Positions 27,572-36,923 of a DNA stretch of 64,000 nt are shown one piece after another; positions within the stretch are counted from its first letter, which is position 1, and each line of letters opens with the position of its first letter. Origin of the DNA: Hyphomicrobiaceae bacterium (GTDB lineage Bacteria; Pseudomonadota; Alphaproteobacteria; Rhizobiales; Hyphomicrobiaceae); contig OZ244119.1 of assembly GCA_965215755.1 (NCBI GenBank), positions 4,302,117 through 4,366,116 of the forward strand, read 5' to 3'. The translations under genes and the position numbers were made by a program. The notes beneath the pieces were generated by a model that saw only the letters and a list, made by a program, of their open reading frames with translations, did no database searches and was not told where the DNA came from.

Positions 27572-29604
27572 CAGAGGCGCAAGGCATCAAGAACGGCAGC
27601 GTGAATGTTGCGACTGGAAAGAGCGTCTCCAATGCGATGCAGTTCGAATGGTCCTTTGGATAAATCCGCGTCTGCCCGCGCTTGCGGCTGGCCGACAACC
27701 CAACGCTTAAGTTCCGTCACGCCGTCATTTGAAGAGTGTTCACGCAGCTCATGATAGATGCCATCGGCCGGGATCGTGCCATAATCGAAAATCACCTGGC
27801 CAGCAGATAGCTCAGTGACTTCTCCGGTCAGTTCATTTTGTAGCACTGCGGATAACTGATTGCCGTCTCGACGAACTTCCTTCAACTGTTCTTCAAAGCG
27901 GACCGGCATCTTGTGCTCATGGACCCAGCGCCGCCAGATGACGCGCTCCGCGTAAGCCTGTTCGGTAGCGAGGCTTTCATCAATCGTTGCGAATTGAACG
28001 CTCGCATTCCTATTCTGGCAGTATTGAGCCGCTGTTAGCGCCGCGTGCCGCCCGGTACCGTCAACTACAATGACATCCTCGCCCGGCGGAACGCTTCCGC
28101 TGAGCACATCCCAAGCGCTTGTCACGTGCTCTGCTCCCGGCAACCAATCAAGATTGGGCGTACCGCCTGTCGCAATGATCACCATGTCTGGCTTTTCACC
28201 TACAACATCGTCAGTTTCGGCGAAGTGGTTCAGACGCAGCGAAACACCGAGACGTTCCAATTCCGATACGCGCCAGTCTATGATTGCAACGATATCTCTG
28301 CGCCAGTCGGCCTCTGCTGCTAGCAAGACTTGCCCGCCGGCACGTGGTGCTGCTTCGAATACAACGACCTCGTGACCGCGCTCGCCGCACACACGTGCTG
28401 CCTCCAGGCCAGCTGGTCCGGCGCCGACAACGATGACCTTTCGCTTTGTTGCTGCTGGCTCAATCACTTGTCGCAATATGTTTTCGTGCCCCGTTGCCGG
28501 GTTATGGAGGCAGGCAGGTCGTAACTCACTCATACAATGCGTGAAACCTACACATGGCCTGACCCGCTCTTCTTCACCGGCTGCAATCTTCTCGACGAGA
28601 TGTGGATCAGCGATCTGGGCGCGCGTCATCCCGACGAGATCGATTAAACCTTCGCGGACCGCATGGCGGGCGGTGGAAATATCGGTGATGCGGGCTGCAT
28701 GAAAGACTGGTAGATCAATCTGCTCTTTGAAGGCTGCTGCTTTCTCAAGCCATGGGCCGATTGGTGAAGCCATGCCCGGCATGTTGTCCATCGCCAGACC
28801 AATCTGCGTGTCCATCCGGCCATAGACCGCGTTAAAGAAGTCGAGCATGCCGGTCGCCTGAAAGATCTTTGCGATCTTGACGCAGTCGTCAAAACCCAGT
28901 CCGGCATCATGTCCTTCATCAACGATGAACCGGAAGCCAACCAGAAAATCATCGCCGACAGCTTTCCGAATGGCTTCGTAGACCTCGAGGCCGAAGCGGC
29001 AGCGGTTTTCGAGGCTCCCACCATACGCATCGGTTCGCCGATTGGTTGCAGGCGATAGAAACTGACCGATAAGATGCGCGCCAGACAGAGTTTCGATCCC
29101 ATCCAAGCCGCCATCCTGGCAACGCTTAGCCGCTGCAGCGAATGCTGCAATGACCCGTTTGATGTCAGCATGATCGATCTCTTTGGGAATACTGCGATGC
29201 AGCGTTTCGCGTATGACGGACGGCGCGATGGTTGGCAACATCGCCCCTTTGTTGCTCTCCCCACGGCGCCCGAGATGCGTGATTTGGCACATTAAGGCGG
29301 CACCCTGATCGTGCACGCGCTTCGACAGCTTCTCCAGATGAGGAATAACCTCGTCGACACCAACATTGAGCTGCTGAAAGACGGATGGTGAATCAATGTC
29401 GACATTTGACGATCCGCCAAACATTGTCAGACCGATGCCGCCTCGCGCTTTTTCTTCCTGGTAAGCTTGGTAGCGCTCCTTCGGCATGCCGCCTTCTTCA
29501 AGTCCACAGGCATGGCTAGTGCTCATAATGCGATTGCGCAGGCGCACGTGCTTGATCTGCAGCGGCTGCAGCAGTGGATCAGTCGATGAGGCTTGGCTCT
29601 TCAT
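27559..29604 (-). CDS. Two-domain flavoprotein: OYE-like FMN domain plus FAD/NAD(P)-binding domain (TMADH / N-methylproline demethylase StcD / FadH family)
   Basis: 681 aa. The N-terminal LRNRIMSTSHACGL...RGGIGLTMFGG is an OYE-like barrel with a Cys at the TMADH-like flavinylation position. VIVVGAGPAGLEAA is a Rossmann motif. The 3-prime end overlaps the MATE gene by 13 nt (convergent). Confidence 0.85.
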   Translation of the reverse strand: MKSQASSTDPLLQPLQIKHVRLRNRIMSTSHACGLEEGGMPKERYQAYQEEKARGGIGLTMFGGSSNVDIDSPSVFQQLNVGVDEVIPHLEKLSKRVHDQGAALMCQITHLGRRGESNKGAMLPTIAPSVIRETLHRSIPKEIDHADIKRVIAAFAAAAKRCQDGGLDGIETLSGAHLIGQFLSPATNRRTDAYGGSLENRCRFGLEVYEAIRKAVGDDFLVGFRFIVDEGHDAGLGFDDCVKIAKIFQATGMLDFFNAVYGRMDTQIGLAMDNMPGMASPIGPWLEKAAAFKEQIDLPVFHAARITDISTARHAVREGLIDLVGMTRAQIADPHLVEKIAAGEEERVRPCVGFTHCMSELRPACLHNPATGHENILRQVIEPAATKRKVIVVGAGPAGLEAARVCGERGHEVVVFEAAPRAGGQVLLAAEADWRRDIVAIIDWRVSELERLGVSLRLNHFAETDDVVGEKPDMVIIATGGTPNLDWLPGAEHVTSAWDVLSGSVPPGEDVIVVDGTGRHAALTAAQYCQNRNASVQFATIDESLATEQAYAERVIWRRWVHEHKMPVRFEEQLKEVRRDGNQLSAVLQNELTGEVTELSAGQVIFDYGTIPADGIYHELREHSSNDGVTELKRWVVGQPQARADADLSKGPFELHRIGDALSSRNIHAAVLDALRLCQEA

Positions 29605-29702
29605 TGCGTGCCCTTCTTTGAATTTTTTGTTTAGGCTGTCGTCTGATCTTGGCTTTTCGCCACGGCAACTTGCAGGCGCCCAGACTTGTCATCTGACAAC
29701 CA

Positions 29703-31742
29703 TCAAACCAATGGTCGACCAGGGCCAATCCGACGAACTTCCAGCATTGCGTTGGTCTCCGCGCGCAGCATGGCAATACCAGCGTTATCAATTGGCACAG
29801 TCCCAGCAGCGACGTCATCCTTCACGTCCAACCAGGCGCGTAAGGGAGCTGCCTTGCCGGAATCGATTTCGACCAAGTCGCCAGATTGGGCTGCGATTTT
29901 TTTCGCATCATTTGTGTTGAGGCGGCAGGTACGATGCTTGCTCACCGTGGTGTGACGGTAACTGTCGGGTTCTGCAGCGCTTCGCAGTCGTAGTATTTCG
30001 GAGGCACGTTGTTGCCTCAACTCGCTCGTCGCTTGGCGATCAACATCGCCGGCATCGTCGATGACCACACCGTAGACGTGCGTGAGTGCACTCTCTGAGA
30101 TGTAACCTAGTCGGAAATCTTCAGCGACGGACATCGCCGGGCGATCAAGCGGATTGCCGTAGCCACCTCCACCGGCAGAGCGCAGGACAACACGCTCACC
30201 TTCTTCCACGATGTGGCCACCAACCTTACCAGGTGTTGCAAATGGCTCTTCCGTGTTGTCTGTCGTCACCACCCAGGACCCGAGTGGTTTGCCGCTGTGG
30301 CCACCGAGCACACCGAACGCCGGGACAATAGCGCCATCTGACAACAAGGAGTATTTGGCATCGGGAGCAGTCAGCCTGATGCGCCTTCGCATTGCGAGTC
30401 CACCACGAGATCGACCCGCCCCGCCGGAGTCAGTATCAAGCTCTGAGGCTTCGACGAGGAGCGGAAAACGAGACTCAATCACTTCAGATGGTTGCACCGT
30501 AACCAAGTCTCCCCAGTCGAACGGTGCCATTGCACTCGGGCCATCTGCCTCGGCGAATCCTCCGTTGCCGCCACCAGACCACTCATAGTGAACCCACTCG
30601 CGACCAGCACGTGTGTCGTAACCACCTAACAGATTGTGGAATGAACTGCGACAGAGATCACCCGCCACCTTGTCGGGAACGACCTGGCTTAGAGCGCCGA
30701 CCATAGTCGCAATCACGCGCTTTCTAATCTCTCCATGGGAGCCCGCCGGTGCAGGTCTCGTCACGTTCACAATGGTGCCTTCCGGAGCAATGACCTCAAT
30801 TGGCCGGAAAGAGCCCTGGTTAAGTGGGGCATCGGGATCGAAGATCGACTTCACAGCAATAAAGACCGACGCGGCCGTGACAGCCAGCGTCGAGTTGACC
30901 GGCACCGGCACTTGCGGCGAGGCACCCGTAAAATCGGCTGTGAGCGTATCACCAGCAACGGTCAGCTTTAACGGCAGCAGCAAAGGCTCGAAGCCTCCTT
31001 GCGGGTAGGTCTCCAGATAATCTTCGTAGGCGTAGGTTCCATCCGGGAGTGCATTGAGGCATGACCGCATCCGTGCTTCAGCGCGATCTAGATCGAGACG
31101 TACCGCTTCCAGCATTTGGTCGACGCCATAGCGATCACACAACTCACGAATGCGCGTTTCCGCGACATGGCACGCGGCAATGCCGGCATAAAAGTCCCCA
31201 ATGCGTTCATCTGGCACCCGCATGTTGGCGAGCAGCAATTCAAGGGCGGCATCATTCATCTTGCCGCGTTCCATGATCTTGATAGGAGGGATGCGAATGC
31301 CTTCCTGATAGATTTCCGTTGCATTGCCAGACATGCTACCCGGCACCATGCCGCCGACATCGGGCCAGTGTTCGCGGACAGCAGGAAAAAAGATCAGCCG
31401 GTCATTGAGAAAAACCGGACAGATAATGGTGACGTCATTCAGGTGTGTGCCGCCAACATATGGATCGTTGACCAGGATGATGTCACCCGGCGCAAGGTCA
31501 TCACCAAGTTTGGCCATGGCTGACTGCACAGTCCAAGGCATTGGAACAACGTGACTGCCGATGTCCTCGGACTGAGCGACAACCTGACTGTCCGGAGCGA
31601 ATAGTCCGCAAGAAAAGTCCTTCGCTTCATAGATCGCGACTGACTTTGCCGTGCGCATGACCGTCGCGCGCATCTCCCGGACGACCGAGATCAACCCCTG
31701 GGTCAGAACTTCAAGTGTTATCGGATCAACTGTGGCGGTCAT
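29703..31742 (-). CDS. HyuB-type subunit, pair 2, with an extra C-terminal domain of about 100 aa
   Basis: Motifs are VNDPYVGGTHLND, DSGGAGRSRGGL and RSAGGGGYGNP, followed by an additional tail ending ...SGDLVEIDSGKAAPLRAWLDVKDDVAAGTVPIDNAGIAMLRAE... ATG 31742 overlaps the TGA of HyuA (ATGA). Confidence 0.9.
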   Translation of the reverse strand: MTATVDPITLEVLTQGLISVVREMRATVMRTAKSVAIYEAKDFSCGLFAPDSQVVAQSEDIGSHVVPMPWTVQSAMAKLGDDLAPGDIILVNDPYVGGTHLNDVTIICPVFLNDRLIFFPAVREHWPDVGGMVPGSMSGNATEIYQEGIRIPPIKIMERGKMNDAALELLLANMRVPDERIGDFYAGIAACHVAETRIRELCDRYGVDQMLEAVRLDLDRAEARMRSCLNALPDGTYAYEDYLETYPQGGFEPLLLPLKLTVAGDTLTADFTGASPQVPVPVNSTLAVTAASVFIAVKSIFDPDAPLNQGSFRPIEVIAPEGTIVNVTRPAPAGSHGEIRKRVIATMVGALSQVVPDKVAGDLCRSSFHNLLGGYDTRAGREWVHYEWSGGGNGGFAEADGPSAMAPFDWGDLVTVQPSEVIESRFPLLVEASELDTDSGGAGRSRGGLAMRRRIRLTAPDAKYSLLSDGAIVPAFGVLGGHSGKPLGSWVVTTDNTEEPFATPGKVGGHIVEEGERVVLRSAGGGGYGNPLDRPAMSVAEDFRLGYISESALTHVYGVVIDDAGDVDRQATSELRQQRASEILRLRSAAEPDSYRHTTVSKHRTCRLNTNDAKKIAAQSGDLVEIDSGKAAPLRAWLDVKDDVAAGTVPIDNAGIAMLRAETNAMLEVRRIGPGRPLV

Positions 31743-33760
31743 GAAATGCGCTCCAGAATAAGGCAACCCAGTTCATCCGGGCGGGCTGACCAGCCAGGTG
31801 GGATGATTGTTGCCGTGCTTGGCTCTTCGATGATCGCAGGACCATTCACAGACGAACCCAACGACAATGCCTTGCGATTGTGCAGCGGTGTATTCAGCTG
31901 GGCACCCGCAAAAACGCAGGCCCGCTCAGACGTCTGGCTCGGTCCACCATCGCGATCCGCTCCTGCCGAACCCACAAGCTCGGGCTTCTCCGAAACGCCC
32001 CAGGCAGCCAAACGATAACTCACAATTTCACTGCCGCCATCGGGGGCAGAGCCGTAACGAGCAGCATAGACTTCACGAAACGCTTGATCGATTGGTTTTG
32101 GGTCGGGGTTATCGAGATTGACCGGCACACTTAATTCAAATGCCTGACCGATATATCGCATATCGAGGCTCCCCTCGAGACGGGTTGCACTCGCGGCAAA
32201 GCCGGCCTCCGCAAGTTCTGATAACCCTGCCTGTGTCAGTTCCGTCAGAACCTGCTTGATGTCGCCCGCCGAGGTCGTTTCCGTCTGGGAAACTTTTGTA
32301 CGGACGAAGTCCCGTCGGACGTCTGCGACCAACAGACCAAAGGCGGAGAAGTTTGCCGGCATGGGCGGGATTAATACGGTCGACATGCCAAGCTCTTCTG
32401 CAATCGCAGTGGCATGCAAGGGACCGGCACCGCCATACGCCATCAAGACAAAGTCGCGGGGATCGAGACCGCGCATCACTGAGATTTCCTTGATCGCAGC
32501 CGTCATATTGACGACGGCAATGCGAATAACCCCTTCGGCCATGGTGTGGCGCTGTAGCTTGACTTCGCCGGCGAGCCGGTCGATCGACTCAGCGGCCAAT
32601 TGCTCGTTCAGTTCCAAACCACCGCCAGCGGATGACTTGGACGCCAGTCGACCAAGAACAAGGTTTGCATCAGTTACCGTTGGTTCTTCACCGCCGCGTC
32701 CATAACAAGCAGGACCGGGAACGGCGCCGGCCGAGCGCGGCCCAACACGCAGGATCTGACCGTTGTCATAGGATGCAATGCTCCCTCCGCCTGCGCCGAC
32801 CGTGTTGATATCGACTTGCTGCACCTTGACTGGAAACGCGCCCAACTTGCCTGTGTTGGTCATTGTGAATGCCCCATCACGCAACAGACAGACGTCGGTC
32901 GACGTCCCGCCCATATCGCACGTGATGAGGTTTGGGTACCCTGCAGCCTTACCGATGAATTGAGCTGCGATAACACCAGCAGCAGGTCCGGACAACATCG
33001 ACAGCACAGGCAGTCGTTCAATCTGGTGATCCGGCAACGTTCCGCCGCTTGACGTCATGATGGCAACGTCGGATCGGCATCCGACATCGCGCAGCCGTTC
33101 CCGGAGACTGGCGAGGTAGCGACGCATGCGCGGGGCCACATAGGCACTCAGAGCGGTGGTTGAAAATCTCTCGTGTTCACGATACTCCGGCAACACGTCC
33201 GAGGATGTTGTGACGGTGACATTGGGCAGTGCTGCTTTCAGAATCTCAGCGCTGCGCTGCTCGTGGTCAGAGTTCGCATAGGAATGTAGATAACAGACAG
33301 CTATGGACTCACAGCCATTGTCCGCGAGTATTGTCGCGGCTGACTGCACCATCGCTTCATCCAAAGCGGTGACGACGTTGCCGCTGACATCGAGACGCTC
33401 TCGAATTTGATAACATCGATCTCGAGGAACGATTGGTTCCGGTGCAGTGGCCTTAATGTTGTACATCAATGTCCGGTTGCCGCGTCCTGTGATCAGGATA
33501 TCACGATGGCCTTCGGTTACGAGCACTGCAATGTCAGCACCGGATCGTTCGAGCGCGGTATTCGTTGCCACCGTCGAACCATGTGCCACACGTTCCAGGG
33601 TTGATGGATCAATGCCGAGCGACTTGATGCCATCAATGATGCCGCGCGATTGGTCATCTGGTGTCGATGGAACTTTGCCAAGCGATATTGTCTTGCTCGC
33701 AGGGTCGTAGATGACGAGGTCTGTAAACGTCCCCCCAACGTCAATACCTAACCACAACAA
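31739..33760 (-). CDS. HyuA-type subunit, pair 2
   Basis: Motifs are MLWLGIDVGGTFTDLV, ITCDMGGTSTDV and TVGAGGGSIA. 673 aa. Confidence 0.9.
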   Translation of the reverse strand: MLWLGIDVGGTFTDLVIYDPASKTISLGKVPSTPDDQSRGIIDGIKSLGIDPSTLERVAHGSTVATNTALERSGADIAVLVTEGHRDILITGRGNRTLMYNIKATAPEPIVPRDRCYQIRERLDVSGNVVTALDEAMVQSAATILADNGCESIAVCYLHSYANSDHEQRSAEILKAALPNVTVTTSSDVLPEYREHERFSTTALSAYVAPRMRRYLASLRERLRDVGCRSDVAIMTSSGGTLPDHQIERLPVLSMLSGPAAGVIAAQFIGKAAGYPNLITCDMGGTSTDVCLLRDGAFTMTNTGKLGAFPVKVQQVDINTVGAGGGSIASYDNGQILRVGPRSAGAVPGPACYGRGGEEPTVTDANLVLGRLASKSSAGGGLELNEQLAAESIDRLAGEVKLQRHTMAEGVIRIAVVNMTAAIKEISVMRGLDPRDFVLMAYGGAGPLHATAIAEELGMSTVLIPPMPANFSAFGLLVADVRRDFVRTKVSQTETTSAGDIKQVLTELTQAGLSELAEAGFAASATRLEGSLDMRYIGQAFELSVPVNLDNPDPKPIDQAFREVYAARYGSAPDGGSEIVSYRLAAWGVSEKPELVGSAGADRDGGPSQTSERACVFAGAQLNTPLHNRKALSLGSSVNGPAIIEEPSTATIIPPGWSARPDELGCLILERIS

Positions 33761-33809
33761 TTCTCTGGTCCTCTCACATACGGAAACCCTTAGCGCTCAA
33801 GCTCAACGC

Positions 33810-35336
33810 TCAGACCGGCGCGATTTTCTCAAGCGGAACGGAACGTCCTTCAGGCAAATTGGCCTTGAGCTCTGCCACAAGTTCATCACGCACTGGCTGG
33901 TGTTTCGGGTCACTCCACATATTCCGCCACTGATGCGGATCATCTTTCAGATTGTAGAGTTCACCCTCGCTACCGTCGTACCGGTTAGTCTCACCGTAAG
34001 CAGTGACGAGATAGTCGTCATTCACCATCGTCTCCATGACGATGTCATTGCCATCATAGCTATCGATCCACTCAGTGGTGATGGTGTCACGCATCGCGCA
34101 CTGCTGGGTTGCTGGGAGCACTTGGCCCTGCATCCATGACGGGGTTTCCAGCCCGGCCGCCTGCATGATCGTTGGAGCAATATCGACGTGACCGACAGGC
34201 GCTCTGACTTCGCTGCTCGTAATACTGGCACTTGGAGCGGGCCGCCAGATCAAAGGGACATGCGTCAGGGCATCGACGTGGTAGGGACCCTTGAACAACA
34301 TCCCAAAGTCACCCTGCAGTTCGCCGTGATCCGTGGTGTAGAAGATATCTGTCTCGTCGTCCCACTGGCGCTGCCGCACGAAATCCCAAACCAATCCGAC
34401 GGCATCGTCGATGAGTTCATTCTTAGCATGCACAACAGCATTGACTTCACGGATATGGTCGGCCGTCGTTTCGGCCGGTACGTAATCTGGAGGCACCTCG
34501 AAATTCAGCCGCGCTTCGCCTTTATACCAGGCCAGCCAGTGCCAGGGCTTGGTTCGGAGCACCTCTTCACAGGCCTCCCTACTACCGGGATATCCTGGAG
34601 GTAATGGCAGTTCGCGCCAATCAAACCTAGCCTTTGCTTCATTCGGAACATCCCAGGGATGATGCGGGTCCGGAAAGCTCATCCAGCAGAACCAGTCCTC
34701 ATCGTCATTCCGTTCATTGAGCCACGCAATGGCTCTGTCAGCTGTCCAGTGCGTGTGATAACGCTCAATGTCGATCGGATTGTTTGCGACCTGCGGAGCG
34801 CCGGTGTCACCGCCGCCTAGAGCACTTGGCTGGCCATCGCGCGTATACTCGTGGAAACCGGCGACATCATCTGGATGTGTTTCCGCCAGCCACTTGGGAT
34901 AGTGAAAGAGTGATCGTCCTGCGCGGCCGGTATGACCACTCAGTTCCATGCGATCGAATCCACGATGGGGTCCGAAGCTATCCTGCCCCGCCGCAACATT
35001 CTCGAAATAATCTTTCGTGGCATGCGGTTCGAAATGTGCCTTTCCAATCAGCGCGGTCGCATAACCATTTTTCTTGAGTTCATGGGCAACACTTGGATGG
35101 TCGGCCGGCAACGGGATACCGTTTGACGTAACCCCGTGCATACGCACGTACTGGCCTGTCAGAATGGTACAACGCGCTGGCATACAGACCGCGCACTGAT
35201 TGCGGGCCTGATGGTAATTGATGCCTGTCCGCGCGAGCCGGTCAATGTTCGGGGTTTTGGCGAACTCTCCGCCATTACACCCCAAACCATCGTAACGCTG
35301 CTGATCTGTTGTGATCAGGAGTATCTTGCGTCCCAT
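33810..35336 (-). CDS. Sulfatase (alkaline-phosphatase superfamily, Cys-type)
   Basis: Motifs are LLITTDQQRYD, the formylglycine motif CMPARCTILTG (C-x-P-x-R) and GKAHF. 508 aa with no obvious signal peptide. Confidence 0.85.
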   Translation of the reverse strand: MGRKILLITTDQQRYDGLGCNGGEFAKTPNIDRLARTGINYHQARNQCAVCMPARCTILTGQYVRMHGVTSNGIPLPADHPSVAHELKKNGYATALIGKAHFEPHATKDYFENVAAGQDSFGPHRGFDRMELSGHTGRAGRSLFHYPKWLAETHPDDVAGFHEYTRDGQPSALGGGDTGAPQVANNPIDIERYHTHWTADRAIAWLNERNDDEDWFCWMSFPDPHHPWDVPNEAKARFDWRELPLPPGYPGSREACEEVLRTKPWHWLAWYKGEARLNFEVPPDYVPAETTADHIREVNAVVHAKNELIDDAVGLVWDFVRQRQWDDETDIFYTTDHGELQGDFGMLFKGPYHVDALTHVPLIWRPAPSASITSSEVRAPVGHVDIAPTIMQAAGLETPSWMQGQVLPATQQCAMRDTITTEWIDSYDGNDIVMETMVNDDYLVTAYGETNRYDGSEGELYNLKDDPHQWRNMWSDPKHQPVRDELVAELKANLPEGRSVPLEKIAPV

Positions 35337-35385
35337 TCGCCCTACCTAAATGTCTCGATGATCCAATAGCAGCCCGACCAGCTGA

Positions 35386-36759
35386 TCAGTGCCTTGCAAC
35401 TACCGACCATGTCTCATCAAGTGCCGTTTTCAGGCGCCGCGCCAACTCGCTCAATTCATCGGATGTGATGATCTGTGGCGGTGAAAACGCAATTCGGTTC
35501 CCAACCAGGCGCAGAATGAGACCACTCTTGCGAGCGTTGGCAGCGAGTGTGCCCATGACATCGATCTCAGCTGGAAACATCTCGCGTGTGGCTTTGTCTT
35601 TGACAACTTCCAGCGCACCAATCAGGCCGACACCGCGGAACTCACCAATCAGAGGATGATCCTCGAGAGCTTGCATCTCGGAAATGAAGGTCGGCTCGAT
35701 CTTCTTGATGTGTCCAACAATATCTATTTCGTCGTAGATCTTGAGGGTTTCGAGAGCCACAGCAGTGGTCACGGGATGACCCGCATAGGTATAACCATGC
35801 GCAAGATGACCGACTTTGTCGCTCTGGATCATCAATGCCTGGAAGATGCGTTCATTCATCAGCAAAGCCGAGATGGGTTGCAATCCCGCCGACAGGGCTT
35901 TGGCGCACGAGATCATATCTGGTTCCAGATTGTAGGTTTGTGAGCCCCACATGTTGCCGGTGCGTCCGAAACCGCAGATGACTTCGTCTGCTATAAAAAG
36001 GATGTCGTACTTCTTCAAAACGGCCTGGATTTTCTCAAAATACCCTTCCGGAGGCAGTACTGCGCCGCCAGCCCCCATGACCGGTTCCGCCCAGAAAGCT
36101 GCAACTGTTTCCGGCCCCTCTTCTATGATGAGTTTTTCCAGGGCATCCGCCATACGTGTTGAGAATTCCTGCTCCGTCTCACCGTCCTGTTGGTTGCGAT
36201 AGTAGTTAGGGAATTCCGTATGCCGGAATCGATCAAATGGCAGGCCGCTCTCCTGATGCATGTCAGGCTTGCCGGATATACTGGACGAGGTACAGGTTGA
36301 GCCATGGTATCCCATTTTGCGGCCGATAATCTTGAGACGCTCAGGCTTGCCCATGGCGTGCCAATAGTACCAGACAACCTTCACCGCGGTGTCGTTCGCC
36401 TCGGATCCTGAGCATTGAAAGAAGACCTTCGACATCGGAACGGGTGCGATCTCGAGAAGCTTGGCTGCCAATTCGATCGCCGTTTCATTCGATGCGTCGC
36501 GGTAGATGTGATAGTAGCCAACCTTGCACATCTGGTCGTAGGCGACCTGGGCCAAGCGCTCCACGCCGAAGCCCAGTGACGCGCACCAAAGCCCCGCAGC
36601 TGCTTCGAGATACTCGTTGCCCTCATCATCATAAACAAAAATGCCCTTCCCTCGCGTCATGATGGTTGGGCCATTTTCAACAAAGTGCCGGAGGTTGGAC
36701 TGCGGATGCACCAGGCTGGCCTGATCGAGTGCTCGCAGGCTGTTGGGCAATTGCGACAT
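35386..36759 (-). CDS. Class-III (omega) aminotransferase
   Basis: Contains FIADEVICGFGRTGNMWG and ISCAKALSAG (PLP-Lys context). ATG 36759 (MSQLPNSLRAL...) is preferred. The track ORF starts at 36780. Confidence 0.9.
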   Translation of the reverse strand: MSQLPNSLRALDQASLVHPQSNLRHFVENGPTIMTRGKGIFVYDDEGNEYLEAAAGLWCASLGFGVERLAQVAYDQMCKVGYYHIYRDASNETAIELAAKLLEIAPVPMSKVFFQCSGSEANDTAVKVVWYYWHAMGKPERLKIIGRKMGYHGSTCTSSSISGKPDMHQESGLPFDRFRHTEFPNYYRNQQDGETEQEFSTRMADALEKLIIEEGPETVAAFWAEPVMGAGGAVLPPEGYFEKIQAVLKKYDILFIADEVICGFGRTGNMWGSQTYNLEPDMISCAKALSAGLQPISALLMNERIFQALMIQSDKVGHLAHGYTYAGHPVTTAVALETLKIYDEIDIVGHIKKIEPTFISEMQALEDHPLIGEFRGVGLIGALEVVKDKATREMFPAEIDVMGTLAANARKSGLILRLVGNRIAFSPPQIITSDELSELARRLKTALDETWSVVARH

Positions 36760-36923
36760 GGGACATTCCTTTCGGTGCAATCATCTCGAGTATCGGCGAT
36801 CAGAAAATCACCAAAATCAGGGCGCGGCAATGGCCCATCCCGCACGAGATTTCATGATCCGATCGCTGGTGTGATGGTTTGCAATTGTGCGAGGGTGACG
36901 ATCAGATTAATCCGAGGCGGTTA

